64,000 nucleotides of DNA from Octopus vulgaris (taxonomy: Eukaryota), in assembly GCA_951406725.2 (NCBI GenBank), contig OX597824.1, positions 38,502,001-38,566,000 on the forward strand. Direction: 5' to 3'. The position numbers and the translations under genes were made by a program. Under the pieces are notes generated by a model. The model saw only the letters and a program-made list of their open reading frames with translations. It did no database searches and had not been told where the DNA came from. Position 1 is the stretch's first letter. Each line of letters starts with the position of its first letter. Below, in pieces: positions 11,480 through 25,814 of this stretch.

Positions 11480-13185
11480 TTGTACAGGGGATACGTTCCA
11501 GAGACTACCGTGCAAAATAAAACCGTGTAAAAAATATACAGTGTATATATGAAAATTAGAGATACGTTCCATCCAAATGTATTTAATAAAAAAGATGTTA
11601 ATTTTCATACACACACACACACACATAACATCATCATTCAGTCATTCAGTGTCGCTACTAGACAGTAAACGTGCCCACTTTCTATTGATATTCGGTGGCT
11701 CAAAATCACTGTCGTTACTGGAAATATTTAATGGCGATATGTCTTCATGTGTACCTTGAATAAAATTAACATCTTGCGTTTCTTTTGTTTCACTGATTTT
11801 GAATACGAATTCGGTTATCAGACGCTGTGATTTTGTTTTTGTTAGTTCTTTATATGATTCTTCACAACGTGCCATAATCATTTTCAAATCACGTTGGAAT
11901 TGCACAACTCGTTCAATATTGTTATCATTTGTAAGTAAATGATTTCCAGGTTTATTGGCTCTTTGGAGGCCTTCTAGAATTTCACTTCGTCATCACTACT
12001 ATAAACTAATTTGGAACCATATATTGGGTTGTCCGGAAAGTTCGTGCCGATTTTTAAAGGAAAGAAAAAGGTCAATAAATACTTGCCATTACATTTTTAA
12101 TTAACCAAATATGAACCATTTTGTTGCACAATGCGTCTCCATCTTTCCTTTAACTTGAAAATACCCTCTTCCCAGAATTGAGGTTGTTTCATGGCAAAGA
12201 ATTCATCAAGGTATCTTTTTACGTCATCCATAGAATTGAAATTTTTACCATTAAGACTATTCTGCAGACCTGAATAAGTGGAAATCTGAAGGAGCAATAT
12301 CTGGTGAATATGGAGTGTGGGGTAACATATCCCAGCCGAGCTGCAGCAATTTTTGTCTGGTTCCCAAAGCATCAAGTGCTGAAAATGAACTTCCATTTTA
12401 AAGGGTTACAGAATTAACACAGGTTATAGGAACATAAACCTTCTTCTACGAAAAGATAGCTTAAACTGTGCTCTAAATGGAGGTGTAGTCAAATCTATTT
12501 TATGGACTCAATCATGTTCTAAAATAAGTCGAAAGATAAGCTTCTATAAATCGGCACGAACTTTCCGGACAACCCAATACATTCTCTGAAATACTCTCTA
12601 CAGGTATCCTTTTTTTTATTGTTTTCTTCTATCCATATTATTAAAGCTTCCTCCATTGTCTCTTGAATCATGTCTCTTGTATTTGACGACAACTCGGCAG
12701 ATAATTTTGTTCCAGAAGCTACAAATCCTCCAATGACAGCATAATTCCTTTTGATCGTTCTTATCGTTGCTTCGTTCAAGCAGAACACTCTATCAAAGGA
12801 CGCTGCATTTCCACCCTTACAAAGGCGGTCCAAAATATTGATCTTGGCCTCCAAAGAAATTGATGTTCGTTTATTTTTCTTAGACGTATCAACAAACATC
12901 TTGGGGTAGATTATCGCTATCACGATCTAGTTTACTTTGCCAAAGTGGTACTCATCATGTTACTTAGAGTTTCAGCGTTTATATAAATTATAATCAATTG
13001 ACGTAAATTATAATTGATTGGCGTTACTTAATCGTTTACTTGCCACCTTCAATAAATTCTGTGGTCACACAAGGACAGATGTTTAAACCGTGTTAAAGTA
13101 AATAAAAAGAGAGAGAGAGAGAGCAAAACATAAACGGTTCTTTTCGTTGGACCGTGTTATTTCAAAATCGTGCAAAAAGAGAACT
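11480..13185 (-). mobile_element. Tigger/pogo-family DNA transposon remnant, internally deleted
   Basis: 12600-12923 (-) reads RTSISLEAKINILDRL...LNEATIRTIK...MEEALIIWIEE, a CENP-B/TIGD1-type HTH region. 11642-11990 (-) reads VQFQRDLK...YKELTKTKSQRLITEF, a TIGD1-like C-terminus. Subterminal CCGTG-rich motifs near both ends; boundaries approximate. Confidence 0.7.
12024..12577 (-). mobile_element. Mariner deletion derivative with perfect TIRs, nested in the Tigger remnant
   Basis: TIR TTGGGTTGTCCGGAAAGTTCGTGCCGATTT at 12024 and its reverse complement ending 12577, each flanked by TA. Internal YSPDIAPSD and LQNSLNGKNFNS...GIFKLKERWRRIVQQNGSY match a mariner transposase C-terminus. Confidence 0.92.
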
Positions 13186-13368
13186 GAGTGTTTTAAAACA
13201 AATTCCTTAAGAATAAAAGAAGGCGAGAGCACATGGGGATAGCGTTCTTTGCATGCATATATATATAGTTAATCCAAACATGAAAAGACAAAGAGAAAAC
13301 ACAACAACGCGAGGACGTGAAACAAATATAGTATTATTGGACGCTCAGCAAAGAAGGAAAGAAGGAGG

Positions 13369-13403
13369 GTTTAACGTTTCGAGCGGAGCTCTTCGTCAGA
13401 AAC
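13369..13403 (-). ncRNA. Minimal type-I hammerhead ribozyme motif
   Basis: Minus strand reads GTTT CTGACGA A GAGC-tcc-GCTC GAAA CG TT AAAC: stems I and II perfect, stem III reduced to the palindrome ACGT, GUU triplet. Confidence 0.75.
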
Positions 13404-13792
13404 ATAGGAAAAGGAAAAATCCAGAGAAGGGAAGACAGAGGAAACATAAATCGCCAACGGTACACACGCAGAGGGGAAAACTCATCCACATGTTTATATA
13501 CAAACATACATGCAAACATGCATACACACATACATCTTTTAGATTACCCACCACGCTGAGGAGGGTTAGTGGATTTTTTAAAGCCTTGTAGTTATTCTAT
13601 TGCTCGCTTGTGCCGAACTGCTACAGTTACGGGAACATAAAGAAACCAATACCGAGTGTGAAGCGGTGACAAGTGAGAAACAGACATGTATGTATATGTA
13701 TATATGTATGTATGTATGTATGTATGCATGTGTGTGTTCATACATGCATATGAACCTGTACTTATTTGCATATACATGTGTCTCTGTATGTT

Positions 13793-13839
<47 letters not shown>

Positions 13840-14087
13840 CTTCTATATTACAAGTTTTCTTCTTTATTCTCCCCTCTGATTGTGTACAGAATACCTGATT
13901 ACTATCTATAAATAGGGCTGCATCCAAATGTAAATTTCGCATTATTTGTTTCTCTGTAGAATTTCTAATAGATACTTATCATGTTTCTATTACATCTACC
14001 ATTTTGTATCTTGTACTAGCAAATGAAACAAGTGTAATGGTGAATTAATCATAACCAAATTTTTTTTCAGTTTCCTTTTTTGGTATA

Positions 14088-16586
14088 CAGTACACCCCTT
14101 AAAAATTTCAGTAAAATTGCCATTACTATGATAATATCGAAGGAAATCAAACGAAATTTTTACCGAATATAATTTATTATACATGCAAACATTATATAAA
14201 CATGGAACACAAAACAATAAATATTTTTAAGGATATGAACGAAATATTAATTTCTAAAGGTTACGAAAATATGTACATCCTAAAAGAAATTTGTTTTATT
14301 CAATATTTTATCCACTTTTTTTTTACTAAATTCAGATATTGCTGATAGCTTCAATTCTAATAAATTATTTCCCCTGGCATTTTGCACCTGTCATTGTTAT
14401 TGCATCCGCAGGAATTCTGATTTTGTAACCGTGGTGAAAATTTTCTTCATTGTGATTAAAATGGCACCAAAAGGAAAGAATTGTCTGAAGATTTGAAGAA
14501 AATTATTTTTAACTAGCAGTATCGCCCGGCGTTGCTCGGATTTGTAAGGGAAATAACTATATAAGGATTTTTAGTGAGTTATAGTAAAAAAATAGCAAAA
14601 AAAAATGCATTAAAAATGGAATAAAAAATGATGGTAATTTTTTTTTTAAATCGTTGACTCATCGTAGACATTTTTAGAAAGTTACTTCCCTTATATAATA
14701 GCGAAAAAATGCATTAAAATGGAAAAAATGATGGTAATTTTTTTTTAAAATCGTAGACTCATCGTAGACGCGCGCTAATACCCAGAAGGGCTCGATATGA
14801 ATCACGACTATAAGATACCCGGTTTTGGTTAAACTGCACCGCAAAATGTGGGAGTAGTTAGGAATCTAAATCGTAGGAGACAGACACACAACTTCACTTT
14901 TATATATAAAGATTTGTGCAACAACTAAAACATTCGGTTGTGCAAATTGTTTGCACAGGAAACCTGCCCTGTGTGGCGGTGTTTGCCGTTTTTGTGGATC
15001 TGTTTCAGCTTTTTTAGCGATTTCTGTTTTGGCGACTTCAAGCCATGAAGTCGTTGTTCTAAAAGAACGCTGGTCTCCTTGACAACGCTTTACGACGTTG
15101 ATTTCCTTACACCCCCTTCCCCATAGCTTCACGAGGGAGGGAAGAAGGGGGAGAAGCAACACAGGTGCAGGTGTGAGCATGGACGCCAACTCCGCCGCCA
15201 TCGACACACGAAAAAATTGGAAGAAATGGAAAAAAATGATGTTAAATTATTTTTAAAATCGTAGACTCATCTTAGACGCGCGCTAATACCCAGACGGGCT
15301 CGATATGAATCACGACTATAAGATACCCGAATTTGGTTAAACTGCACCGCAAAATGTGGGAGTAGTTAGGAATCTAAATCGTAGGAGACAGACACTCACA
15401 CAACAACAGTTTTATATATATAGATTTGCACAAGAATGGTTTAGGATACCAGTTAATTACCAAACGAATTCATATTAGTGTAAACACAGTTGCCAAAGTA
15501 ATTCAGAAGTACAAAGCTACTGGACAGCTAAGCAATAAACATCATCTAGGTCATCCTTCTATTTTAACTGCGTGTGATGAATATCACACATCCAACGTTG
15601 CATGATGGACGACAGGCGTCGTACCGCTTCATCTTTAACCCAAGAAATGTCTTATGTTAGTGGAGTGTATCCTCCCAAACAGTTCGTCAAAGTTTGAACC
15701 AGTGTGGTCTTCATGGACGCATTCCTCGTAGGAAGCCTCTCTTCTCTACCAGGCATAAATCAAGTCGTCTTTCTTTTGCCGAAACCTATGTGTGTAAGAG
15801 TAGGAGTTTTAGAATTTTTTTTTTTTTTTTTGATGAGACTAAAATCAACTTGTTTGGGACAGATGGTATTAAACGAGTATGGCGACGACCAGGTGAAGAT
15901 AATAGCGACAAATGTACTATGCCTACTGTGAAACACGGCGTCGGAAGAGTTATGCTTTGGGGATGCATGAGTGCGGCTGGTGTGCAAAGACTCACATTTA
16001 TTGAGAGAACAATGGATTCAAGTCTTTAGTATGACACATTGCAGAAACAAATGTTGAAAAGCATCAAGGAACTAGGAAGAAACTCCATGTTCCAACATGA
16101 TAGTGACCCTAAACACATTTCAAAGACGACGACTAAGTTTTTATCAGATAAAAAGGTAAAGGTATTACTGATTTAAAACCAATAGAACATTTGGATGGGG
16201 GTGTTTTGAAAAGGAAGGTTGAGGAGAAAAAACCCGCAATGTAACACAGTTGAAAGACATCATTCAGAATGAATGGAGGTCGATTTCACTGGTTATATGC
16301 GGAATTTTAGTCAACTCTATGCCCAGATGACTTGATGCAGTCATTGAAAGCAAGGACAGTTTCACCAAATTTTGAATATAACAAATAATCCTTTAGTGTG
16401 TGCATATTTTTGTTAGGTTTGAAAATTAATATTTCGTTTATATCTTTGAAAATGTTTATTGTTTTATGTTCCAAATTCGCATAATGTTTGCATGTATAAA
16501 ATATCTTATTCAGTAAATATTTCGTTTGATTTCCTTAGATATTATCAGAGTAATGGTAATTTTACTGAAATTTTTTAGGGGTGTAC
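14088..16586 (+). mobile_element. Tc1-family (DD34E-type) transposon with ~210-bp TIRs; transposase pseudogene
   Basis: 14091-14300 is the inverted counterpart of ~16372-16586. Transposase reads MAPK..ELSEDLKKIIFN|LHKNGLGY...DETKINLFG...VWRRPGE...TVKHG...MLWGCM...FQHDSDPKH...DLKPIEHL, with stops and frameshifts. Confidence 0.9.
14513..15424 (-). mobile_element. Non-autonomous Helitron inserted in the Tc1 transposase
   Basis: Minus strand starts TCTATATATATAAAA and ends CCGAGCAACGCCGGGCGATACTGCTAG (hairpin plus CTAG). Inserted at A|T with no TSD; removing it restores codons ATT TTT AAT TTG CAC. Confidence 0.85.
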
Positions 16587-16819
16587 ATACTTCTATGAAA
16601 TATTGTATATATATCGCTGGAGCGAATTACTGCTGTCTGTAGCGGACGGGTTTTCACCAATGAGGATAGGCACAAGAGCCCGAAAGCATACGGTCTGGCG
16701 ATTCCGTCATCTGCTAGAAGATGATAGGGGATCGCTCCCCTACTTGCAATTTATATCAGGTGCAGATTACATCGATAACCAGCTGGAGGAAGCTCCTACC
16801 GGGGTTGAAAACGGTAGTA

Positions 16820-17040
16820 ACGTCGATTTCATTAAACCTGGCTTACCAATCACGGCCAAATGATGCAGAAACTTACAAAAAACAGCCTAGATTAGTCAAC
16901 AGATCCACTCCTATTTTATTGCGAGAAAACGCTAGGCCACACATCGAAAAATGACATTGGCAAAATTTCAGGAGTTGGAGTTGGAAGCTTTCCATCATCT
17001 ACCGTACTCACCTGATCATGCCCCCACTGATAGCCATTTT
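16820..17040 (+). mobile_element. Mariner transposase fragment
   Basis: FIKPGLPITA...KKQPRLVNRSTPILLRENARPH...ELELEAFHHLPYSPDHAPTD resembles the HDNARPH and YSPDLAPTD motifs. Confidence 0.8.
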
Positions 17041-17300
17041 ACTTGTTCTTCAGAAAATACAATATATTCCATGAAATGCAACGGATGAAAGGAAGACTAC
17101 ATTAGACAAACTAAACTCACTTTAAGAATATTCATGACAGCAAATAAGAGATCCCAAAGCTAGAGAAACACCACTTAGTGAACATCCCAAATTTCCTGCC
17201 TTCCCACTCTATCAATGTGTAGACAGTAACCCAGACCAAACAAAATTAATAAAGAAAGTTCGTTTATCAAAAAATACTAGCCATTGCTGAACAGTTTATA
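17041..17300 (+). mobile_element. Penelope-like element GIY-YIG endonuclease remnant
   Basis: TCSSENTIYSMKCNG*KEDYIRQTKLTLR...RDPKARETPLSEH...FPLYQ is homologous to the remnant at 59230-59560. Confidence 0.7.
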
Positions 17301-17764
17301 AAAACATCAGTAATACACGATTCTCCTTTTCCTATGAATTGATTATTGCAGAATGTCTACCTGGCTCGTTTTTAAGTAAGCCATAATTGATGTAGCAGCT
17401 ATCAGCTATCAAATTTATTTCACACCTTGATGTGTCACTTACCCTTCACCTTGTTAACAAAAAAGGGATATTTTTTAACATGTTCAATGGGAAGGAACTA
17501 GAACTAACTGAAACATTATTCCGCGACAGAATAGTAAACAATAATTATCTATAATAGATTTATGTAAACAATTATATCACTTATTCATATCTCTTTTTAA
17601 CTGCCATATAATATATAAAGTAGAGAAAAACTTTTACATAACCTCATCGCTAGACTGCCAGATGATGTCTGAGCCATATTCCTAGTTAAAAAAAGCAAAA
17701 CAAACTATTTTTATAACAACAGCCAGAATAGACACATAATTCACGACACAGCTCCATATACTTT

Positions 17765-17801
17765 ATACTTTTGAAAATCTAATGTGAAACCGGTAAAGTG
17801 T
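17765..17801 (+). ncRNA. Decayed hammerhead motif downstream of the PLE remnant
   Basis: ATACTT ttgaaaa tctaatgt GAAA CCGG TA AAGTGT: 6-bp stem I and ACCGGT palindrome retained, core has two substitutions. Confidence 0.4.
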
Positions 17802-17975
17802 ATTCGTATATTGTAAAATATGATTAAATTCTGATTCATTTTAATATATTCTCTGTGCATTTTGAACTTCATTTCTTGATTGGATTAATAACAATATATA
17901 CATAGATACAGGCATCCACACATACACTTACGTACATACACATTATATACATACATACATACATACATACATACA

Positions 17976-18007
<32 letters not shown>

Positions 18008-18081
18008 GAGAGACAGAAGACAGATAGACAGACATACACACGCACAAACGCACTCACACATACATACTTATATACATACAT

Positions 18082-18136
<55 letters not shown>

Positions 18137-18156
18137 CACACATACATATACACACG

Positions 18157-18188
<32 letters not shown>

Positions 18189-18202
18189 TGTATGTATGTA
18201 TG

Positions 18203-18268
<66 letters not shown>

Positions 18269-18574
18269 TATTTTATAAGCTTTAAGCTTATAAAATACTA
18301 TTATTATTTACAGGATTGTAAAAATCGACCCTACTTAACAGTGAGAAGAGAAAAACTTAAGACGAAAGACAGGCAAAAAAAGAACATTTTGTTAAACCAT
18401 CATTATATTTCTCGATCCATTATTTATTTATTTATTTATTTATCTATTTATTTAATATATGATAATATATGCAGATCATGTAATAGTTGTGTTGAAACTA
18501 AGTGTTAACATTACTACATAAGACAGAAAACAAACGACAGCCCACTTCTTAACCAAATTCCGCCGTATTCTTGT

Positions 18575-18621
<47 letters not shown>

Positions 18622-19050
18622 ACTTATGCCAGACTTCAAGTGACGTTTGTTATTTTGTTTCGGAGATTCGTCACCATTGTGTCCGCTCTTAAAAATCATC
18701 ATCACCAGCATCACTACGACCTTCACCGTTACCACATTAGACGACAATCCCCCACCCCGCCACCTCTACCAACATTACCATCGCCACAACCATTGCCATC
18801 ACCCCCACCCAAACCACCACTACCACCACCACCACCAACGCCGTCTCTGCTTTTGCTGCCGCTGCCACCACTACCACCACCCTCGCTTACAACTATCCAC
18901 CATTACCTGCTACAACCGCCGTAGATGCAGCCGTTTTCATCACCACAGCCATCACCGCCACTCATTACCATCGTCCGTAAAACCATCACGATCACCACAA
19001 TAGTCTCCGGTATCACTTTCGTCATCTCGCCCACTCTGATCACCATAGAC

Positions 19051-19304
<254 letters not shown>

Positions 19305-19561
19305 AATCGTCACCATTCCCTTCTTCCCCACCCAAACAACCCAAACGCGAGGACCTATACGCGTCGCATAACCTGCCATTAATAGTAGCGGTGTCTTCCT
19401 CAACTTCAACGTTTTAACCAGAAAGGATGCATTAAATAATGTAATTTCAGATAAACTGCAAAATGCATTTGATAAAAATAAAACGAGTGGTCACGGATAA
19501 TAACAAAGGGCTCCTTAATTAAAACAACATTATCTTTAATTAAAAGTATAAATATTTATTC

Positions 19562-19782
19562 TTTTACTCTTTTACTTGTTTCAGTCATTTGACTGCGGCC
19601 ATGCTGGAGCACTGCCTCTAGTCGAGCAAATCGACTCCAGGACTTATTCTTTGTAAGCCTAGTACTTATTCTATCGGACTCTCCTGCCGAACCGCTAAGT
19701 TACGGGGACGTAAACACACCAGCATCGGTTGTCAAGCGATGTTGGGGGGACAAACACAGACACACAAACATATACACACACA

Positions 19783-19834
<52 letters not shown>

Positions 19835-19999
19835 TACGACGGCCTTCTTTCAGTTTCCGTCTACCAAATCCACTCACAAGGCTTTGGTCGGCCCGAGGCT
19901 AGAGTAGAAGACACTTGCCCAAGGTGCCACGCAGTGGGACTGAACCCGGAACCATGTGGTTCGTAAGCAAGCTACTTACCACACATCCACTCCTACGCC
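19562..19999 (-). mobile_element. SINE family B, full length, with internal (TA)n
   Basis: Minus strand: GGCGTAGGAGTGGATGTGTGGTAAG...GGGTTCAGTCCC...CTTGGGCAAGTGTCTT (CORE-like)...microsatellite...CAGTCAAATGACTGAAACAAGTAAAAGAG. Confidence 0.88.
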
Positions 20000-20037
20000 T
20001 ACGCCACACAGCCTGGTTATTATAAGTGCATTGATAA

Positions 20038-20252
20038 GGCGGCGAGCTGGGAGAATCGTTAGCATGCTGCACGAAATGCTTAACGGTATTTCGCCCGTCG
20101 CTACGTTCTCAGTTCAAATTCTGCCGAGGTCAACTTTACCTTTTATCCTTTCGGGGCCGATAAATTAAATACCAGTGTAACACTGGGGTCGATGTCATCA
20201 ACTTCTCCGCTGCTCCAAAATTTCAAGCCTCGTGCCTTTAGTAGAAAGGTTT
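20038..20252 (+). mobile_element. SINE family A (alternative tail)
   Basis: GGCGGCGAGCTGG...AGTTCAAATTC...AAATTTCAAGCCTCGTGCCTTTAGTAGAAAGG. Confidence 0.8.
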
Positions 20253-20326
20253 ATTAGTGCATTTATAATTTATAAAACTATTAACCACATGCTTAGAGTA
20301 AAAAAATCGTTTCATTATTTACTACG

Positions 20327-20370
20327 ATACAACATTCCTATCGGTGTGATATCCGATCGTCATCAGGTAT
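20327..20370 (-). ncRNA. Degenerate hammerhead motif
   Basis: Minus strand reads ATAC CTGATGA cg ATCGG-atatcaca-CCGAT ag GAA tgTT GTAT; GAAA and stem III are damaged. Confidence 0.4.
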
Positions 20371-20599
20371 TTTATTCGTGGATATGTACGTCATACTAGA
20401 CGGAATTCTAGTTAAGTTAGGAACTTTTATTTCTGAAAATTTGCAACGAGCTTATCAACAATGCTATGTTGATTGCACCTAATTAGATTAAATCTATCAC
20501 TTTCGTTTTTTTGTCGGCAAATGTTTCTGTAGTCCCTATTTCGCAGAAAGATACTTCGCATTCCATACACTTACTTATACAACCAGTTTTTTTTAGTTG

Positions 20600-20850
20600 G
20601 GGAACATGGTGTATAGACGATAAAACGATACAACCAACACTTACACTCATTCATGTCGGTCGAGTGACTGAGAGAACTCTATCTCTCTGGCAAAATTCGT
20701 TTGGAACTTAAAGGACAGTGATTTCAAACGTGTCACCATATCCTGGAAAATCATGAGTAGAGCTGCACATTTAAAATACGATAAAAGCATGTTATACAAC
20801 CACATATTGAAACGGCAACGAACATTACTGAACAGAAAGAATTTCTTCTC
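20600..20850 (+). mobile_element. Penelope-like element endonuclease C-terminal remnant
   Basis: LAKFVWNLKDSDFKRVTISWKIMSRAA...LLNRKN resembles the LSKYIWxLK...IxWKIL...LLNKR pattern of PLE GIY-YIG domains. Confidence 0.55.
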
Positions 20851-21463
20851 AAGAATTTCCTTTGAAACAATTCGCTGGATTTACTTAATTTGCAAAATTC
20901 CTCTGAGGAGAGAACGGTAGTCCGATTAACATCTGCTTTTCAAACCAGTGTACTGCAATAGACTTTAATTTGTGATATTATTTTGTTATTGACATTCTTA
21001 GTCTATTAGTTGTTAGCACCACATTTTTATAAAATGTATGTATGCAGATATGTAGGTAGGTAGGTAGGTAGGTAGGTAGGTAGGTAGGTAGGTAGGTAGG
21101 TAGGTACGTACGTACGTACGTACGTAAGCAGAAAGAAGGTAAGCACTGATGTTACAGACGGAGTGGTACTGAAACGATTGTAACTAATAATAGGCAAAAA
21201 GTTTGGAATCTTAATGGAGAAAGGGTCTACCCGATTACATCGACTCCCAGTGCTCACTGCTACTTGCTTTATCGACTCCGATCGGATGAAGAGCAAAGTC
21301 GGCTTCGGCAGAATTTGCTGGACAAAATGTTGTTAAGCATTTTGTTCGGAGAGCTAACGATTCTGTCTGTTCGGCTTCATAATAATGATTTTCTAAGTTC
21401 CTTTTGGGTCTTCTTATTTGGGTCCCATATGTGTGTGTGTGTGTGTGTGTGTACATGGACATA

Positions 21464-21520
<57 letters not shown>

Positions 21521-21555
21521 TATGTATGTATGTATATATGAATATATCCATACCA

Positions 21556-21596
<41 letters not shown>

Positions 21597-21620
21597 CATA
21601 TCCATGCCAATACATATATA

Positions 21621-21957
21621 CTAGCACTATGACCCGGCGACGCATATACAGCTGCGTGCGTGCGCACATACACGCGAGTACTGTCCAAATCTCCGACCAA
21701 TCACATACAGATTGCTGGCATTCAATTGGCGTATCAAGTTTCGGGCATTTTGATTGGGTTTTGGATAGAAAATTTACAAAAAAGTCACTTCTATTGATTT
21801 TTTAATGTTTTTGCTGGGTGACTGGGGAAATGTAAAGATGTGCACGGCCACCCTTGGACGGTTTTGAATGACCATAGAAAGTGCGAGCCCTCTAACTGAA
21901 AACTTGTGGATTTGTATAAAGGACACACACGCAGACATTTTGCCGTTTATATATATA
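21621..21957 (-). mobile_element. Non-autonomous Helitron, second family
   Basis: Plus strand A|CTAGCACTATGACCCGGCGACGC is a 3' CTAG end with half a hairpin. The other end, GGACACACACGCAGACATTTTGCCGTTTATATATATA, has the same terminal architecture as 14513-15424. Confidence 0.6.
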
Positions 21958-22026
21958 TTTATAATAAGATATATATATATATATATATCAGAGAGAGAGA
22001 GAGAGAGTGAATAAGGGTGAACGAAT

Positions 22027-22068
<42 letters not shown>

Positions 22069-22106
22069 GAGTTATTCCTAGACAGACAGACAGGTAGATA
22101 GATAGG

Positions 22107-22168
<62 letters not shown>

Positions 22169-22522
22169 TAAATATAAAGAAAAGGTAAAGAAAAACGGAA
22201 GGGAAAAGCAACAAACCTGAAACATTCGAAAAATAAGACAAGGGAAAAATAAACCAATGACAGCAAAGAAAGTTAGAAAAGAAAGAAAGGAAAAAAGAGT
22301 TATCACATTCCGTATATCTACATATATATCCTCTATCATTTGCACTGTAATTAGTGATCAAATAGTCTAACGACAGGTTGTAGAGCCCTGTAGATCAGGT
22401 TGTTATATATAAAATAAAGTACTTGCCTTTGTTAATCTTGATTCAGTATTCTTTACCATACACAAACCAACCAACCAATCAACCAACCAGCCAACCAGCT
22501 ACATATGTACCAGTACACCACA

Positions 22523-22577
<55 letters not shown>

Positions 22578-22935
22578 TTGGATTAACTATATATATATAT
22601 ATTTATATTTATATATACATGTATATATATATTGATGTATATATATGGATGTATGTATATATATATATATGTGTGTGTGTATGTATATGGATGTATATAT
22701 ATATGTACGTATGTATATATATATATATATATAAATATATATATATGTATGTGTGTGTGTATATATATACAAATGCACACACACACATAAATTCATAGAT
22801 ATGTAAATGCGTACATAAATATGTACATGAGCACACATATATATATATATTGTATACATACATATATACATACACATATATATATATTATATACATATAT
22901 ATATAATATATAATATATATATGCATATATATATA

Positions 22936-22966
<31 letters not shown>

Positions 22967-23173
22967 TGCATATACATAAATACATACATTACATATATAT
23001 ATATATGTGTGTGTGTATGTGTGTATATCTATATACATATGCACACACACATAAATTGTTAGATATGTAAATGTGTACATAAATATGTAAATGAGCACAT
23101 ATACATATATATATTGTATACATACATATATACATACATATATATATATATTATATACATATTCATAATATAA

Positions 23174-23214
<41 letters not shown>

Positions 23215-23247
23215 TATAGATACATACATACATACATATGCATATAG

Positions 23248-23307
<60 letters not shown>

Positions 23308-23760
23308 GCATATATGGGTACAGGACGTCACAAACAGTTAACAACATGAAATACGAAAACAAATGAGTTGAATACGCAAACAACGAGAGAAACAAATGGA
23401 AAAGAGAACGAGTAAATAAAGAACGACCCTTCATCAGTTGCCGGCTGTCTATCTTCTCCTCATTTCGAGCATTGAACGACGATATGAGTCTTCGAAGGCA
23501 GCTGCTCCCACAAAACCCAAAATAAAATTTGGGATTTATGGAAGGTCAAAGTTGGTAACAAAAACTGAACAGTGGAGAGACATACAAAGAAACTGAACGA
23601 AAACAAACATAGAGGGTCGTTAGATCAGACGAAGGTAAAATAGCGAACGCTGGAGAAATATTTTCTTTGACAAGAGAAAAGATAGAAGAGAGAGAGAGAG
23701 AAATAGGATATGTCCAACATCTCGGGCAGCCCTGAAAGAAAATATTTTATCATAGTATTA

Positions 23761-24522
<762 letters not shown>

Positions 24523-24565
24523 ATCATCATTATCATGATTATTATTATTGTTGTTGTTGTTGTTG

Positions 24566-24660
<95 letters not shown>

Positions 24661-24662
<2 letters not shown>

Positions 24663-24778
24663 TATACACACAACAGATTAGACTGTTGGAAAGGAAAAGT
24701 TCCTAACATCGGACTACAGCAAGTAGCCTTAGATACCAAGAACTCTTTTAAGTATCCTTGCTGTCCCAAATAATACTA
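24661..24778 (-). mobile_element. Short R4/Dong-type 3' tail copy
   Basis: VLFGTARILKRVLGI* followed by a UTR similar to 23908-24010, ending in (AAT)n. Confidence 0.7.
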
Positions 24779-25091
24779 TATATGTGTGTGTGTTTGTGTG
24801 TGTGTATGTGTACAAACACACACTTGTTTCCCTTTAGAGTGCTGCATCATTTGAGATTTCAAAGACATAAAAGTTTGACACATCGTTCGGATGCTTAAGT
24901 CTGAGAGATGAGCGTGGTGACCGATTTTGGATAATGAGCAAGAGTTCATTTCCTTCTGCTTGAAATTTTCTGCGGTGTTAACATTTTCAGGGATGTTTTC
25001 AATAGAATGCTTGTGATTGTATAAATACAAATTGCATATTAGTCAACAGGGAGCTCTGTTGATGGCAACAAAATTATTGTTCAATACTGTT

Positions 25092-25499
25092 ACTCTTTTA
25101 CTTGTTTCAGTCATTTGACTGTGGACATGCTGGAGCATCGCCTTCAGTCGAGCAAATCGACCCCAGGACATTCTTTGTAAGCCTAGTACTTATTCTATCG
25201 GTCTCTTTTGCCGAACCGCTAAGTTACGGGGACGTAAACACACCAGCATCGGTCGTCAAACAATACTAGGGGGACAAACACAGACATACAAATACACACA
25301 CAGACACACACACACATATATATATATACATTTATACGACGGGCTTCTTTCAGTTTCCGTCTACCAAATCCACTCACAAGGCTTTGGTCGGCCCGAGGCT
25401 ATAGTAGAAGACACTTGCCCAAGGTGCCACGCAGTGGGACTGAACCCGGAACCATGTGGTTCGTAAGCAAGCTACTTACCACACAGCCACTCTTACGCC
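25092..25499 (-). mobile_element. SINE family B, full length
   Basis: Closely matches 19562-19999. Confidence 0.88.
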
Positions 25500-25814
25500 T
25501 ATAAAGAATACGACAGTTTGTTGTAATATGTGATGCAAATATTATGGAACAGCATTAGCAGCAATTTCAAGCAAGACATATTGTTTCAGAAAAAATTTCA
25601 TAGGAATCTTCAAGGCTTTTAGCTTAAATATTTATCATTCTCAACAAGATATTGAATAAATTTAGGATGATCTAACTTGAAAAAATTATGCAAGAAAACC
25701 AGCCCTCAATTTAAAATTCAGAGTTAAAGCCCTTCAAGTGGAGCTCACTTATCTATCTGCAAACTAAATTTAGATCACTTGAAATTACATCCAATAGCTT
25801 TGAAGATATTTTAC

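Noticed and set aside
23420-23480. Hammerhead at minus-strand CTGATGA (~23431-23437)
   Set aside because: No downstream GAAA with a pairing stem II; the nearby GAAA lies upstream without consistent stems.
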